In this document: one piece after another, positions 34,741 to 47,153 of the stretch
Position numbering within the stretch: the stretch's first letter is position 1
Layout of the letters: each line of letters opens with the position of its first letter
From: Hyaloraphidium curvatum SAG 235-1
Lineage: Eukaryota; Fungi; Monoblepharomycota
DNA length: 64,000 bases
Direction of reading: 5' to 3'
Assembly (NCBI GenBank): GCA_025558095.1
Contig: JAIVFI010000027.1
Span: forward strand, 310,001-374,000
Notes under the pieces: model-generated
Seen by the model: the letters and a program-made list of their open reading frames with translations, nothing else
Databases searched by the model: none
What the model was told of the DNA's origin: nothing
Position numbers and translations under genes: made by a program

Positions 34741-37700
34741 CAACAACCGCCAGAGGTCCAAGAGGGAAGTCCTGCGCATCATGCGCCTGTACAGGACGAT
34801 CGACGGTGAGCCCTTTCTCGCGGCCTGCGCCGCCGGCCATCACGATCTCCTGGGCAAAAGCTGACCATCCTTTGCACCAGAGTGGAGCTCTCCGAGCGGA
34901 AACTCGAAATCCAAAGGTACCGCCGCGGACGCGATCGTGCGTACCCAGCATCGGTCTCATCCCTCCTTTTCCTGTCGGCAGGAACCTCGTGCACGGGTCA
35001 GCAGACCCCCACCAGCGGGACGCCTCCAGTTCTCCCTCCGCCCCCTGCGCACGCCGGCTCCGCGTGCTCGTGCTCGGAGCACGTCGAGCACCTCGCCCAA
35101 TCCGCCCCCAGCGATCACGCCCGCGCCGGGACCGAGTGCGAGGATACAATCATCGCAGAGATCCAGCATCTGCTGGACGGCGTGCACGACGAGGGAGGGG
35201 AAGACTACAACGAAGCTGAGGAGGACGCCAACTGTGGGCTACCGCAGTCTTGCGCGTCCAGCTGCGGCATTTCCTGACTGTCGCCTCCGCAGGGGCAAAG
35301 CTGGGGGAGCTCGTCCGCCGCCTCGGATTGGACCTCGACTCGTTGGAGCAGCTGACGGAGGACGAGTTGGGGGGGGATGAGGACCCTCTGCGGCTTCGCG
35401 GTGGGGCTCCCCCTTTCGAGCAAGACCGCAAGCGCAAGGCCCCCGATGCAGCGGCCGGCAAGAACAACGATTCCGAGCCCGGCGAGAACGCCGTCAAGGG
35501 TGGTGAGTGCCGATCGGTCTTTTGCTGTGCCGCGGAGGTGCTAACGGTCTTCATGGCTCAAGCACGATCGCCCAACGCGCGACAGCCGCCGTCGGGACAA
35601 GAGCACCTCGGCGAGTCCTCCGCAGAAGCAAACAAGGTACTCGCAAGCCTCTGCTGCCCAACGCCTCGTCTTTGGTGCTGACACGCTTGCGCCGTGCAGA
35701 AACCTCGCAAGGGCAAGTCCAAGGCGGATGCGACGCCGCACGCTTTGGCCGACCACCCGCTTCTCACACGGACGCCAACGGCGCCGAAGAAGGTGGTCGT
35801 CGCTCCTTGCCCTCGCGTCGTCGTCCCTCGCTGACCTTCTTTCCCGCCGTCAGGGCAAGGCCAAGCAGCCCAAGGACGACGGTGCGGTCTCGGGATCCGG
35901 ACAACCACAAGTCGGTCAAGGCGTGCTTGGGCAAGCCGACACCGAGCAACCCCTTTGGGTCACGGGGGACCCGTTCAACCTTCCAGATCGCGAGCAGCGC
36001 CTCACTGCCGCCCGCGGTGCGTTGGCCTCGCGGAGTGGCCCTCCTTTCCGGTTCTGACCCGCCCTTGACTCGCAGAGGAAACTCAGAGGCGGCAGGCGCA
36101 GCAGCTCGTCCGGAAATTCGGCCTCAAGGACCTCGATCCGGAAGTCGCGCAGGTCGACCCGCTGTCCATCAAGCCCACCGAGACGATCCTCAAGGAGGCC
36201 AAGGCAGCAGTTCTGCTGCAGTACCCCAAGACACTCGCCTGGATCGAGCGGGACGACGGCGGGGAAGAGGGCCGGAGGCAACGCAGCAAGATCTTCGGCA
36301 GGTCAGTCATCAAGCAGCTGCTCAAGCTGTACATACTCGTTGCAATGAACCGGGTGGGTTGGAACGGTATGGCTCTCTGATCTCGATGCTCACGTTGTTC
36401 CCCCCCGCAGAAGCATGGCCGCCCTCCGCTGGAGCGCCCAAAATGCTCGAGACCCGGATGCCCGGCGACGCTGGTCGACATCGGACACGGCACTGCGCCC
36501 CACGATGGGAACTTGGATCCCACCAACAAGCTGGGGAACGCAGCTGCGCTGTGCCATTCGGGCACCGTCGATGATCGCCAGACACTCATTGCGGACGTCA
36601 ACACCTCGGACTCGGACTTTGTTTGTGTGCACTGCAATCGCACCGCGCCGGACACCAGCTGCGGCGTTGCCGCACAATTGTTTCGAGACCGCGTCGAGGA
36701 GCTCGGAGGGGACGTGGAGGCCGCGATAGCGGAGAAGGACCCGTTCGTCGCGCAAGCGATGCGGTACAAGGTGGTTACCGGCTGCCAGTTCGAGGCGTGC
36801 CCTTGGAACGGCAAGGGGACCGACGGTGGGCACGTTGTCCCCGCGGAGATGGACATGGGAAGTCAGCCCGAGGAGGACGAGAGCCCATGGGGGAAGCACG
36901 GTCAAGGCCTCTACGATGGACTAGGCGGCGGCGTGGAGGAAGAGGAGCAGGAGGTGGACCAGGGGGCAGAGGATGCTTGGGAGGCCTGTCTGGCAAAGCT
37001 TGGGAGGGAGCGGAGGGCGCAGGCAGACGGCGCACGGATGGGCGACGATCTTTTCGAGGAGGGCGAGGAGTCTGGGGACCAGGACGCCGGCTCAGGTGAC
37101 GACGTGAAGGTGAAGCCACCGTTGGGACTTGTGGTGCGTTTGCTTGGATCCGTGGGAGACGACGCAGTTGAACTAATCACGGATGCAGACCTCGGAACGC
37201 GGGAGCTTCCGGCCTACCCACGAGTTTATGGCGCGCGAGTTCCCCCAGTTTCCATCCTTTCCGTTCTTCCAAGACGGCTCAGGACGCATCGGTGCTCTCA
37301 AGAACGCCTCCAAGTTCACCATGGCATGCAGCGGCCAACTCCGCCGATACGCCGATCAACCTGACAAGATTGAGCGTTTGCTGAACCTCCAGCTCCAGGT
37401 TTTCTCAACGCGGTACGTCTTCCACAAGGTGTGCCACGCGGAGTACGACCGCATCACGTTCGTAAGCTCTGACGATATCGGATTGCTCTCCCTCATGGTC
37501 ACCTCCACCTCAAGTTCGGCTGCTCGTCCATCACCAAGGTCGAGTACTGGGACGTCATCAGCAAGATCGATGTCGTCGAGGTCTTCGAGGGCCGCGCGGT
37601 GCTCTCCGAGGACGGCAAGTTCAGGAACGGATCGCGCCACATCGACTGCAAGACGTGCTGCTTGTACTGCTCCGAGACCCGGAAGGTCAGTTTGAACTGC

Positions 37701-38495
37701 GTGAAGCCGTCCTTCCAGATCACAATCTCATCTTTGCGCCGCACAGGCAGACGGCATCGTCTGCGGCTACTGTCGCAACTACCCCTCTGGCAATGTTTGC
37801 CGGCTTGCCTACCTCGCCGACAAGCTAGGGGAGGAGTACGCCCTCAAGTTCTACCGCGGCGAGATCTTCAGGCACCACGGGACGGGCGCGACCGTCAAGT
37901 GCGGCCGCCGCTGCTGCACCTGCGTGGGGTGGGTGCCCGTGACGATCATCGCCGTGCGACGGAACTGACTCTGCCTTCCGCCGTCAGTCTCCCTCCGGGT
38001 GGACAGTGCCCTCCCTGCTCGGAAGTCGACGCCAAGGGCAACCGCAAAGGCTCTATCGACAGGTGCATGATCAAGAAGAGCATGGAGGAGGCCAGGGCGG
38101 GCGAGATCCCCACCGAGACCGAGGTCGACATTCCTTTCTTCTGGACCGTGATCCTGCGCGAGCTCAACATCGCGGCGGAGTTCCGCACCAAGCGGAATGA
38201 GCAGAAGGATTCGCAGGATGACTACGTGCGGGACGACGCAGGCAACGTGATCAGGATGTGGCACATGTTGCAAGCCGACCGCAACGTCCCGCACCGGCGC
38301 CTCCGGTGCCCCTGCTGCTTCTGCCAGGGCTTCTCGATCGCCGGCAGCAAGAAAGCAGGCTGCGTCCCGTGCCAGAGCGAGCGGAGCCAGGAGCGCGAGC
38401 GGTGCAAGTTCGTGAAGGCAAAGGGTGCTGCTCCGACGGAGTGGCTGTTCGAGTACGCCAAGGAGCAGGCGGCGTTGGCGGCTGACGATGCCTAG
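34254..38495 (+). CDS. Large multi-exon Cys-rich protein of unknown function (internal LRLRGG, many CxxC, possible HNH-like C-terminus); exon structure partly inferred
   Basis: Coding-like exons joined by GT-AG introns. DPLRLRGGAP at ~35382-35411. CVHC, CKTCCLYC, CGYC, CPPC, LQADR..RLRCPCCFCQ, CVPC. Confidence 0.55.
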
Positions 38496-38624
38496 GCAAT
38501 AGATTGTTGGCAACCTCCGTTTAGCGCCTTCCTTCGTCCATTGGATGTTTTGATTCGTACGGGGTCCATTCCGGCGCGATACAGCTGGGCCGATTCGACG
38601 CGAGCGCAACAAACACCACCAATT

Positions 38625-38812
38625 GTGTCGCTCCCGTCCCCGTCCCCCTAAAGAGATGGTTTTTGCTGTCGGCCGGGGGGGGGCGGGAGAAAGGGGGGTG
38701 AGATGGTTTTGCTGTCGGGGGCTCCTCCGTCGCTCCCGTCCCCGCCCCCCTGAAGAGATGGTTTTTGCTTGTTCGGCACGGGGGGGGGGAGATGGTTTTG
38801 CTGTCGGGGGGC
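38625..38812. repeat. Imperfect tandem repeat (agatggttttt?gctgtcgg core, four copies)
   Basis: Core at ~38654, 38701, 38756 and 38790; gtcgctcccgtccc also repeated. Confidence 0.75.
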
Positions 38813-39373
38813 GCGGAGGAGCGGGACGACTGCAAGGCAACAAGAGACGTCCCTGGACATGACGTTCTCAACAACGCCCCGCGACGCTAGACTGGTCAGG
38901 CAGCTGCTCTGTCTGTCCCGGAAGCTTTGCTGTCACGAGGGGGGTTTCACAGGCGTTGAAGTCGATCCCCGTGTGGCGGCACGGGCCGCCTGGGTTAACA
39001 CTTTCCTATTTGGGGACTTCATTCCGAACCGGGTGGACTCATCGGGAGGCATAGAGGTTGCGGAGGCGAACGGTCGTACACTTGTACGGTCGTACAGTTG
39101 TACGGCCGTAGAGCTGTGGGACTCCACCACGCACCAGCCGACCCCGTAGAATATACAAGCAGCGCGAAATGTAGTAGAGGGGACTGTTCCGCTCGGAAGG
39201 CGAACCGTTCGGAATCCGGTCTTCGCGTGATTGCGAGGTCCGAGTTCCGTGACCGGCGTCCCCTTCTGAGAAACCTTCCGCAACCCGAAAGTCACTTTCA
39301 CTCGTGCAAGGTGCGACTAAATCGCAAGCAACCATCGTTGAAGATCAAACAAACATTCTTGCCAGCTGTTGCG

Positions 39374-40698
39374 ATGTCCCAACAGCATCTCGTCGACCGC
39401 CGGGACGTCGCCCAGAAGCTGTGGCGGGGCGGGATGTGCCAGACGAGTTGGATATGCCGCGCGTTCGGGGTGGACCGCAGCACCTTCTGGCGATGGATGA
39501 ACGTCGCACGGGAGTTCGAGCGCGAATTCGGGGTAGCCATCTCGCAGCAGACCGTGTCGCGTATTCTGGGCGAGCAGGGCATCGTGAGGAAGAAGCTAAA
39601 GTTCGTCAGCCCCGAAGCCATGGCCCAGCCGGAGCGTCACGTTACCTTCCATGAGCGCATCGCCGGCGTGGAGCCCGAAAACCTCGCCGCCCTCGACGAG
39701 TCGAGCTTCCACATCAACGAGGGCCCACGCACGGCTACGCTCGCAGGGGCCAGGAAGCCGTCGTCGACAGGAGCGGCGACCGCGGCACCAAGCTCACCCT
39801 GGCTCTCTGCTTGTCCATGGTGCCCAGGCCGAGCAACTACGGCGGCTGCGTCGTGTCGTATGCGCTCTATGAGGGCAACATGAATGGCGACCGCTTTGTA
39901 CGCTTTCTCGGAACCATCGGAGCAGGCCGGCGCGCCCAGCAGCACGGAGACGGCGACAGGCAGAGCGGGGAACGGACTTCCGAGGAGCTCGTAGTCATCG
40001 CCGACAATGCTGGCTACCACGGCTCGCCGGTGCGGAAGACCAAGGACGCGGACGGCCAGACTGTTTACCGGGACTCGTCGGCCACGAAGTCGCACCGCGC
40101 GGTGCACGATGCCGCCAAGGCGAACGGGCTGCGGATGACTTACATGCGCCCGCGTTCACCGCAGTTCAATCCGACGGAGCCCACGTTTTCCGTCATCAAG
40201 CTACGGGTGAGGAAAGACTGCCCGACCACGATGGAGGAGCTCATCGTCTCCATCCGCAGCGCCATCGACTACGTCGCTACCATGGACCTGTCGAAGATGT
40301 TTCGGCACTGTCTGAAGGCGAGCAAGACCGAGTACGACCTCGTCGGCCCTGAAGCAGCACAGAAAGCCGATCAAGATGAGGAACTGAATGGAGAGAACGA
40401 GATCGTCATTGGCGCAGCTTTAAGGCGGCCTGCAATCGTTCACTTACGTAGATGCCCGCCTTTTTCGCCTCTGACCAACCGCAGCGCGTGTCAGGAGAGG
40501 CCGTGGGAGGCCGGTCCTGGCCTGCGGGATCGGGAGAACGGGGAGACGGGGTACGGGGGCTTTATCCGAACGTTCGGGTTGTACAGGCAAAGATCTATCG
40601 GTTTATATAGTCCGGTCCGCGCCAGCGTGAGGCGTAGGTGCGTGTGGCGGAGCCAGGAAGAGTCCGGGAAAGCCTCAGAACCTTCCAGGGTGGCGTAG
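39374..40698 (+). mobile_element. IS630/Tc1/mariner-superfamily transposase, frameshifted (~39730) and probably internally deleted; DD57E spacing
   Basis: HTH motifs (FGVDRSTFWRW; FGVAISQQTVSRIL), LDESSF, VIADNAGYH, RSPQFNPTEPTFSVIK. Homology ends near 40320. Termini not identified. Confidence 0.88.
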
Positions 40699-41556
40699 TC
40701 CCTGACAGCGCGTGGTGGCGAACAAATAGTTCCAAATCCGTTCCAGATCGAAATGGAGAATCGCGCGCATGGACTGCTGGCGATCCCCGGTGCTTGCCTT
40801 GTCCTTCTTGATCGCGACCATGAGGTCGGCAATGGTGTCGCTTAGCGCCGGATTGCCAAACCTCCGTCTCGATCAGTTCTCTAGCCGCCTGTTTCATGCC
40901 GGTCCACTCACCATCTTCCGCTCGGATCCTTGTAGAACCGCATGGCAGTGACATCGAAAAGATCACCGAACAATTTTGATATGGCTGAGCGATGCTTGAC
41001 TATGGTGTTGAACTATGAAAGAGGGTGAGCATCGGGAATGCGCCGCCGTGGTGTCCCACTTTCAGTGCCAGCTCCAGCCAAAGGTGAACGAGGTACGCCA
41101 TGATGTAGTTCATCTGGTCGATAGACGGAGGGCCCGGCTCGTAGTCCGGCACACCCCCGCCGCGGACGAAAGAGATGTACCGCTGCTGAATGCTGTTTGA
41201 AAAGATAAGCATCCGCTTAACTGGCCTGGGGCAAAAGGAAGCTACCTCTTGTGTTCGTTCTTTGTCGATTCTTCGAGCCTGAACTTGGAAAGCTCGCCGC
41301 CCGCCTCGGCGAGCTCGTCAATAGGACGGCGGAGTGCCGCCGTCCCCCTGTCCGCTCCCTCGTTCTGCTCGCCGCCGTCGGCCAACTCCTCCACGTCCGC
41401 AAGATCCTCGTGTTCCATCTGGCCCAGCTCGTCCTCCCGTTAGCCGAAGGCCACCGACGGGTCCATGGAAGCGGATAGCGCGGCAAGTCGCTCGCGGCCC
41501 TCGTGCATCAACTCCTGCAGCGTGCCGTGCCGCGCCGGCGGCAGCTGCGAAGCCAT
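40491..41556 (-). pseudogene. Degenerate gene, possibly AEP/PrimPol-like
   Basis: In-frame stop and frameshifts. SSTP(fs)ASLSHIKIV and GLYKPIDLCLYNPNVRIKPPY resemble AEP motifs II and III. Confidence 0.3.
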
Positions 41557-42449
41557 AGCAGTTTTCTCGGCCGATTTCTACGCGTCCGTTTTCCACTGGT
41601 CAGATTTCTGCGAAGTTCGGTTTAGAGCGAGAAGCGTCTCGGACTCTTAAGTCCCCATTGAGTCCCCAGCTCTGGCGAGGAGTCCAGCTCTCCTACACCC
41701 CGATGAATGGCTCGTGCGTGAATGAAAATAAGGAAACGAGCCTTTGATAGTGCTCTACTTCGTATATGTCGGAACTACGCGGGCCGCCGGCTTGCAGGGG
41801 GCTCGGAAGGACGAACCCGCCATCTTCCGGCCCTCGCTGCTCTCGACAATCCCACCTTCCAGACCTCGCGGTGCCAGCGAATCCAGTCAATTTATCTTTT
41901 TCTTTGCCGCTGTCTGCATAGATTAGCGGCGGATCGCCTGCCGGCCGAGAAAAGGCCAGATGCGACGGCGCCAGCGAGAAATTCACCCCGGGCGTATCTC
42001 GAGGATCCCCCTCCGCCGTGCCCTCAAAATCCCGCCCGATCGGCCCGCTGGGTGTTCCGGTACCCTAATTTGCCCGGATCCGCGGTCCGCTGCGCGGTCG
42101 GAGCGTTCTGGTCCCAGGAAACTGATTCAATTAGTCGTCGCAATTCAGGGTCCTGCGCGGAATCACGGTTTCCGAGTCCCCCGGGGAGAATGTAGATACA
42201 CCAAGGGCTAATCCTGAGGCCGCGCGATCCCACTGATCAGTGTTTAGGTCGCGGTGTTTAGGTCGCCACGCGGTGCGCGGCAGGTGTCCAGCTAGTTTTG
42301 CGTGGGGGAGTAAGGGCGGGCGGGGGACAGATGCCACAGCAAATCACAATTGCGATTCCTAGCTTCATTTGTTTGACTCCTTTCGGAATCTGTGTCGCCG
42401 GCATTCGCGGCCCTTCGTGTGATCCGGGGTTTCAGAGGGCACGCGTGAT

Positions 42450-44110
42450 CACGCTTGCCCCTCGAACGCCATGCCGCGTCCCCGCCCCCCTTCCGCGCCA
42501 CACCCGAGCGCAAAACAACGCCCGTGATCCCATTCTATGCTCGAAATGGAAGCCGGATCCGGGGCATTCCCGCCGGCGCCGTCGCCCGAGGCAGCCGAGG
42601 GCGCGCCGTCCCCCTGACCGCCGTCCCACGTGATCCACGCGTGTCGGGAAGATGCCGTCGTCCTTCGAGACGGCCGGGACGATGGTGGGCACCTCAAAAC
42701 ACCGATGAACATGCCGAGCATGGAGAAGCTGGCCGGTTCGAGCTGGGAGACCCGCCGACCCGACGCCCACTTCACGGGGGACCGACTGCCGCTCTCCACC
42801 ACGCCTCCAAGTCTCCATCTCGGTGACCGTGTGTTCCCATGGATAGGCGGTCGAGATTGGGGCCCACTGGTTGTCGCCGGCGGAATCCTCGGCGGGCACG
42901 CGAACCGGAGTTGCCCCGAGCGACCGTTCGGAATCCGACGCCCGGCGATGACCGAGGCTCCAAGGCTCGATGCCGGAAAAGTTTCCCACCCTCCTGGAGC
43001 AAGATGAACCCGCAGAAGGGGCCTCCAGAGGCCGACCGAGGCGGGCGACGCGGGGCAAAGAGACGCTGACTGTGCGCAGCCCGTCGCCCCCTCCGCTCGC
43101 CGAGGAGGCCATCTGAACGGCCAACACGCCGCCAGCGGAAGGACAGTCGATCATGACGCCCGATTGGAGGCCTAGACGCGTGCGGCAACGCCACTCGAGG
43201 GCAGTCGGGCGGGACTCGTTGGCCGTCGCACCAACGTGATCACGGCTGGCCGCGACGCGCCTGGGAGGGGGAATCCCCCCGCCCGTCTGCGGCAGGCGTC
43301 GTCATTGGCTGTTTTGCGACGGATTTGGAGTGCTCCGCCCGGTTTGGCGGCGAGTTGGTCGCGCCGCGATTGGTTGGGTTTTGAGGGACCGGCGGCGCCC
43401 CTGCGAACTCCTTTCGAATCGCAACTCGCCCCGCGGACGGACACCCCTTCTGCCCCGCACTTTCGCGGCGCAGAACGTCGCGCGGACGCGTTTCCCGAAA
43501 CTTCGCCCTTTTCCCGGCCTCGGCGCACGCCTGCGACCGCCCCCGAGCGCCCCAAGCCGGGCGGGGCAGCGCGGGACCGCGGCACCGGCGGGCACCTTCC
43601 TGCGCCGCTGCTGGGCTCGGGACACCGCGCAATCATGTCGGGAGATGGAGACTCCGGTGCCGCCGCGCCCCGGCCCACCAAGGCCGCGGTGGCGGAGGCG
43701 GAGAAGAAGGTCCGGGGGGAGAGGGCAGGCGATGCCTTGGACGCCGCCAGGGCGGTCGCTGTGGAGCGCGGTCTCTCTCGGGAGGCAGCGGCGGGTGCTG
43801 ATGGCACCAGGGATCTGCGGGAGCTGCTGCGCCGCCTGCCCAACACGACCTACCTCGACGAGTGCGCCGTTCTGGTGGGTCTGGCTGCCGCCGTTCCAAT
43901 CCGCTGCCTGACGCTTGGCCCGTGCTTCGCGTGCCAGAACGCCCATTTGTCGATCATTCGGGGCGACGAGGAGGTGAAGTGGCAAGGGAACATGTCGAAG
44001 GAGCGGGCACGGCGATGGCTTTCAACAGGGTGGGTCGGGGCGGCAGCTGCCGCGATCTCGCCGATCTCATCTCCTTTGCCAACCGCAGGCTTGCTGGGAG
44101 AAGCAGGACG
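42450..44110 (+). repeat. Repeat R copy 2 containing a truncated 5' copy (ATG 43635) of the 34254 gene; a further fragment at ~44200-44340
   Basis: MSGDGDSGAAAPRPTKAAVAEAEKKVRGERAGDAL nearly identical to copy 1. Similarity stops at ~44110. Confidence 0.9.
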
Positions 44111-44528
44111 AGAACGTGAGTTCTCCTGTCGGCCGGCCCCAATGGCCGTCGCTTCGGCACGACCTGATATCATCCTTCACTATAGAATCGGGTTCTTGTT
44201 TTGCTGGCGAGTTCGTCGCGCCGCCATTTTCCGAGCTTCCCTCCTTATTGCACGTCGCCCCATGGACGGACACCTCTTCTGCCCCGCCTTTTGCGGCGCA
44301 GAACATCGCGTGGACGCGTTTCCCGCGCCCTCGCTCCTCTCCCGCCCTTAACGCGCTCGACCGGCTTCCCCGCTTTCGGCGCTTTCCGACAAAGCTGGCC
44401 AACTTGTGTCTCCGCAAAAGAGCATCAATTGAATGAATGCACCACGATTCAAGATGTACACCACCATGAAAAGCTCTGTCACTGCTCAAGACGTGGGTTT
44501 TCGTGACCACCACAAGCCTCCAGCCTCT

Positions 44529-46220
44529 TCACTGCCCGCTGGCAGTGGCCTCGGGAAGCTGCGACCCCATCCGCAAGCTGTTGACCACGACGGCATCGTA
44601 GATTCTGTCCGGCGTGAGACACCGCACGAACCGCAGACCCCAAGAATCTGTCCGCACGGAATCAGCACTGCAGACACCCCATTGCGGCGCGGGCAGCACA
44701 CCCACCGAGTCCGACAGGGTAGCGAGGCATTGGGAAGGGGGAACGGAGTGCGTGCAGGAGAGATATGGCGCAGTACCATGGCGGAGTCCCCGGGAAGGCG
44801 GCAGAAAGCTTCAGGCTGGCGGCAAACGTCCGAATGTGGCCTTCATCTGCGAGCCGAAGTGGTCAACGGATGCGGCACAGCGGCCGACGCGAAGAAAACC
44901 CACAGAGCTTGCGGTTGGGATGACCAACCATTTGGTCGATCATCTCGTACTGCTTGTTCCATATTTCCGTCTCGATTCTGGGAAGAACGACGCAAACGGG
45001 TCAAACAGGCCTGTGCGGGCCTCGAAAGATCGTCATCCTTAGATACCAACTCGCCAGGTTCCATGTTGCTAACGGCGATCCCCAGGGGAGCGAGCTCCAT
45101 CCTCATGGCGTCGCCGGCCGCTCGAATCGCATGCTTGGACGCACAGTCTGACGAGGAGTGAGTGCAAAGTCCCGGAATGCCGACAGGCGGCGACGCACAC
45201 GCGGCATTCATGGGAGCCGTGATCATGCTGAGGAGCGACCCGGTAATGACGATCCGCCCGCTTCCGTTCCGCCTGATCAGGGGCAAGAAGGCGCGGCACG
45301 TTTCAAGCGCGCCAAAGAAGTTGACATCCATGATCTTCTTTTCCTCCTGCAGCGTCTCGAGCTGTTTTCGGCGCAACAGCTAGTGAGCGCAGTTGAGTCA
45401 ATCCAGCGACTGCCAACGCACCTCGAAGACGGACCCGAGATTGATGCCTGAATGAAGGAACGACACTTTGAGCGAAAAGGCAAGAGCCGCCTTATTCGGC
45501 ACACGCTTACCAGCGTTCGCAAAGACTGCGTAGACACCGTTCTTGCCTCCCGGACGCTGCTGCTTCCGCAGCTCCGTCTCGACCTGCCTGACCGCATCTC
45601 CGATCGTCTCGACCTTTGCGACGTCCACGATGATCCACTTCAAATCCCCTCCAGGCACGTACGGGGTGCCGAGCCAGCCGGTCACGAAGTCCAGCACACG
45701 GAAGAAAACGTTGCCGCGGCGGGCCTTGAGGGCGGAGCGACGGGCACGCCACGCGTCGAGCAGCTTCTCTCCGTCCGCAGGGCGCCGTACTCCGGCAAAG
45801 ACGTGGTATCCCGCCCCGGCAAGCGCGATAGCGGTATGGAAGCCGATTCCTGTCGCGAGCACGTGGTCATGCGCCGCAAAGCGGGCCTAGGCACGCGAAA
45901 GTTACCCGTAGAGGTGCCCGTGCAGACCACAATGGGGTGGTTGGTGGCAGTAGGATAGTCGACGGCGAAGCTGGCGCGTCGTACCAGGTCAACGGGGTCT
46001 GAGTCCGGATTAACCAGTTTGCTCACCTGACCTGGCTTCCGAGAAGCCAGAGGAGTGTGGCGAACGCGAAGTCGACCAGAAAGACGAGCTGATCCCACAG
46101 GAACAGCGTTGGCATGAGGAACCACATCGCAACGCGATGGAACGCGCCCGGGCCCTGCGGGGCGGCAGGCTTGGGCTCCCTCGCCACCGGGACTTCCGCA
46201 CGCGCGGAGGGCGAAGCCAT
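44529..46220 (-). CDS. Short-chain dehydrogenase/reductase, paralog 2
   Basis: Colinear with the 28232 gene (GPGAFHRVAM, CTGTSTGIG, VFANAG, ASKHA, NMEPGEIETEIW, PRYPVG). Has two extra introns. Confidence 0.85.
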
Positions 46221-46360
46221 CGCGAAGGAGAGGCTCTTGAAGTGCTCAGAATAGGCGATTTCGGGCCCCGAAGGGGAGAAGAATGGTGAGTATACGCAAT
46301 GTTTGCAGCAGCGTCGCACCGGCCAAACACATCCCGCGGTTAACATCCTAGTTGGCTAAA

Positions 46361-46408
46361 ATTCCAGAGAGCAGACCCTAAGCGATCATACCACTAGACC
46401 AAACGCCC
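46361..46408 (-). pseudogene. Truncated tRNA-Pro(AGG): 5' half plus intron
   Basis: gggcgtttggtctagtggtatgatcgcttagggtctgctctctggaat; 3' half absent. Confidence 0.8.
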
Positions 46409-47153
46409 GTGTTTGAGTGCTTGAACCGGGGGGTGGGGCTCCAAGAGCGTCGCAGGGGCTCGGGCGAGGCCGGGGTGGCCCGGCGCCCGTCTCCCAAACT
46501 CTTCCCGCGCTGCCGCGACCTGCCAGTGCCATCCAGCGCATTAGGTTACGGATTTGGGGTCCCTCGCCTCCATGTGCCTTGTCCTGCGGCCTGCTGCTGA
46601 TCGGGCTGAAAGTGAGGCGCCCCGCCTTCCAACGCTGCATCCTGCTCCCGGCAACCATCCAGCAGCAGCATCGGCTCCTAGATATTGCATTGCGATGCAC
46701 ATCCGGGCGGGAGTTCGCATCTTACAGTGCACGGCGCCGGGCTCGGTGGAGCAGCACTCTGGGGCAGGCAAAGGCCGATCTCCACCTCGGCGGTGCATGA
46801 CGGCGTTGCATCACGGCTCTGAGATGCGTGCCATTCGTCTCCGCAGGCTGTTTTGAACGTCCATCGAACTCAGGTGCCGGTGGCTCTTGTGGGTGGTGTG
46901 TCTCTTCCTCCGCGGCGGACTTTCAGGCGGCACGTTCATCAACCCACCAACGCACGGACTTGTCCAGCGCCCGTGCACAAGCCCACTTTCTGCCACTTTC
47001 TGTTTCTGCGCAGTCGCTGTCTGTGGGAGTCCGAGGCGGACAATGACGGACGGTCGCCCTGCATCCGCCTCCCATCCCAGCCCATTCGAGCAGGCCTGCA
47101 CCGGCGTCCCTCACGCCGCAAGTAGCCCACGATCCCGGATATGGCGATCCTGG

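Noticed and set aside
38625-38812. CRISPR-like array
   Set aside because: Eukaryotic context, imperfect repeats, and spacers related to each other; a simple minisatellite.
39000-42400. Fanzor/TnpB cargo next to the IS630-like transposase
   Set aside because: No RuvC motifs (D-PG, E-L, CxxC...DxNA) recognisable in any frame.
44843-45376. SDR paralog 2 truncated after NMEPG
   Set aside because: An intron explains the break; the gene continues in frame to a stop at 44529.
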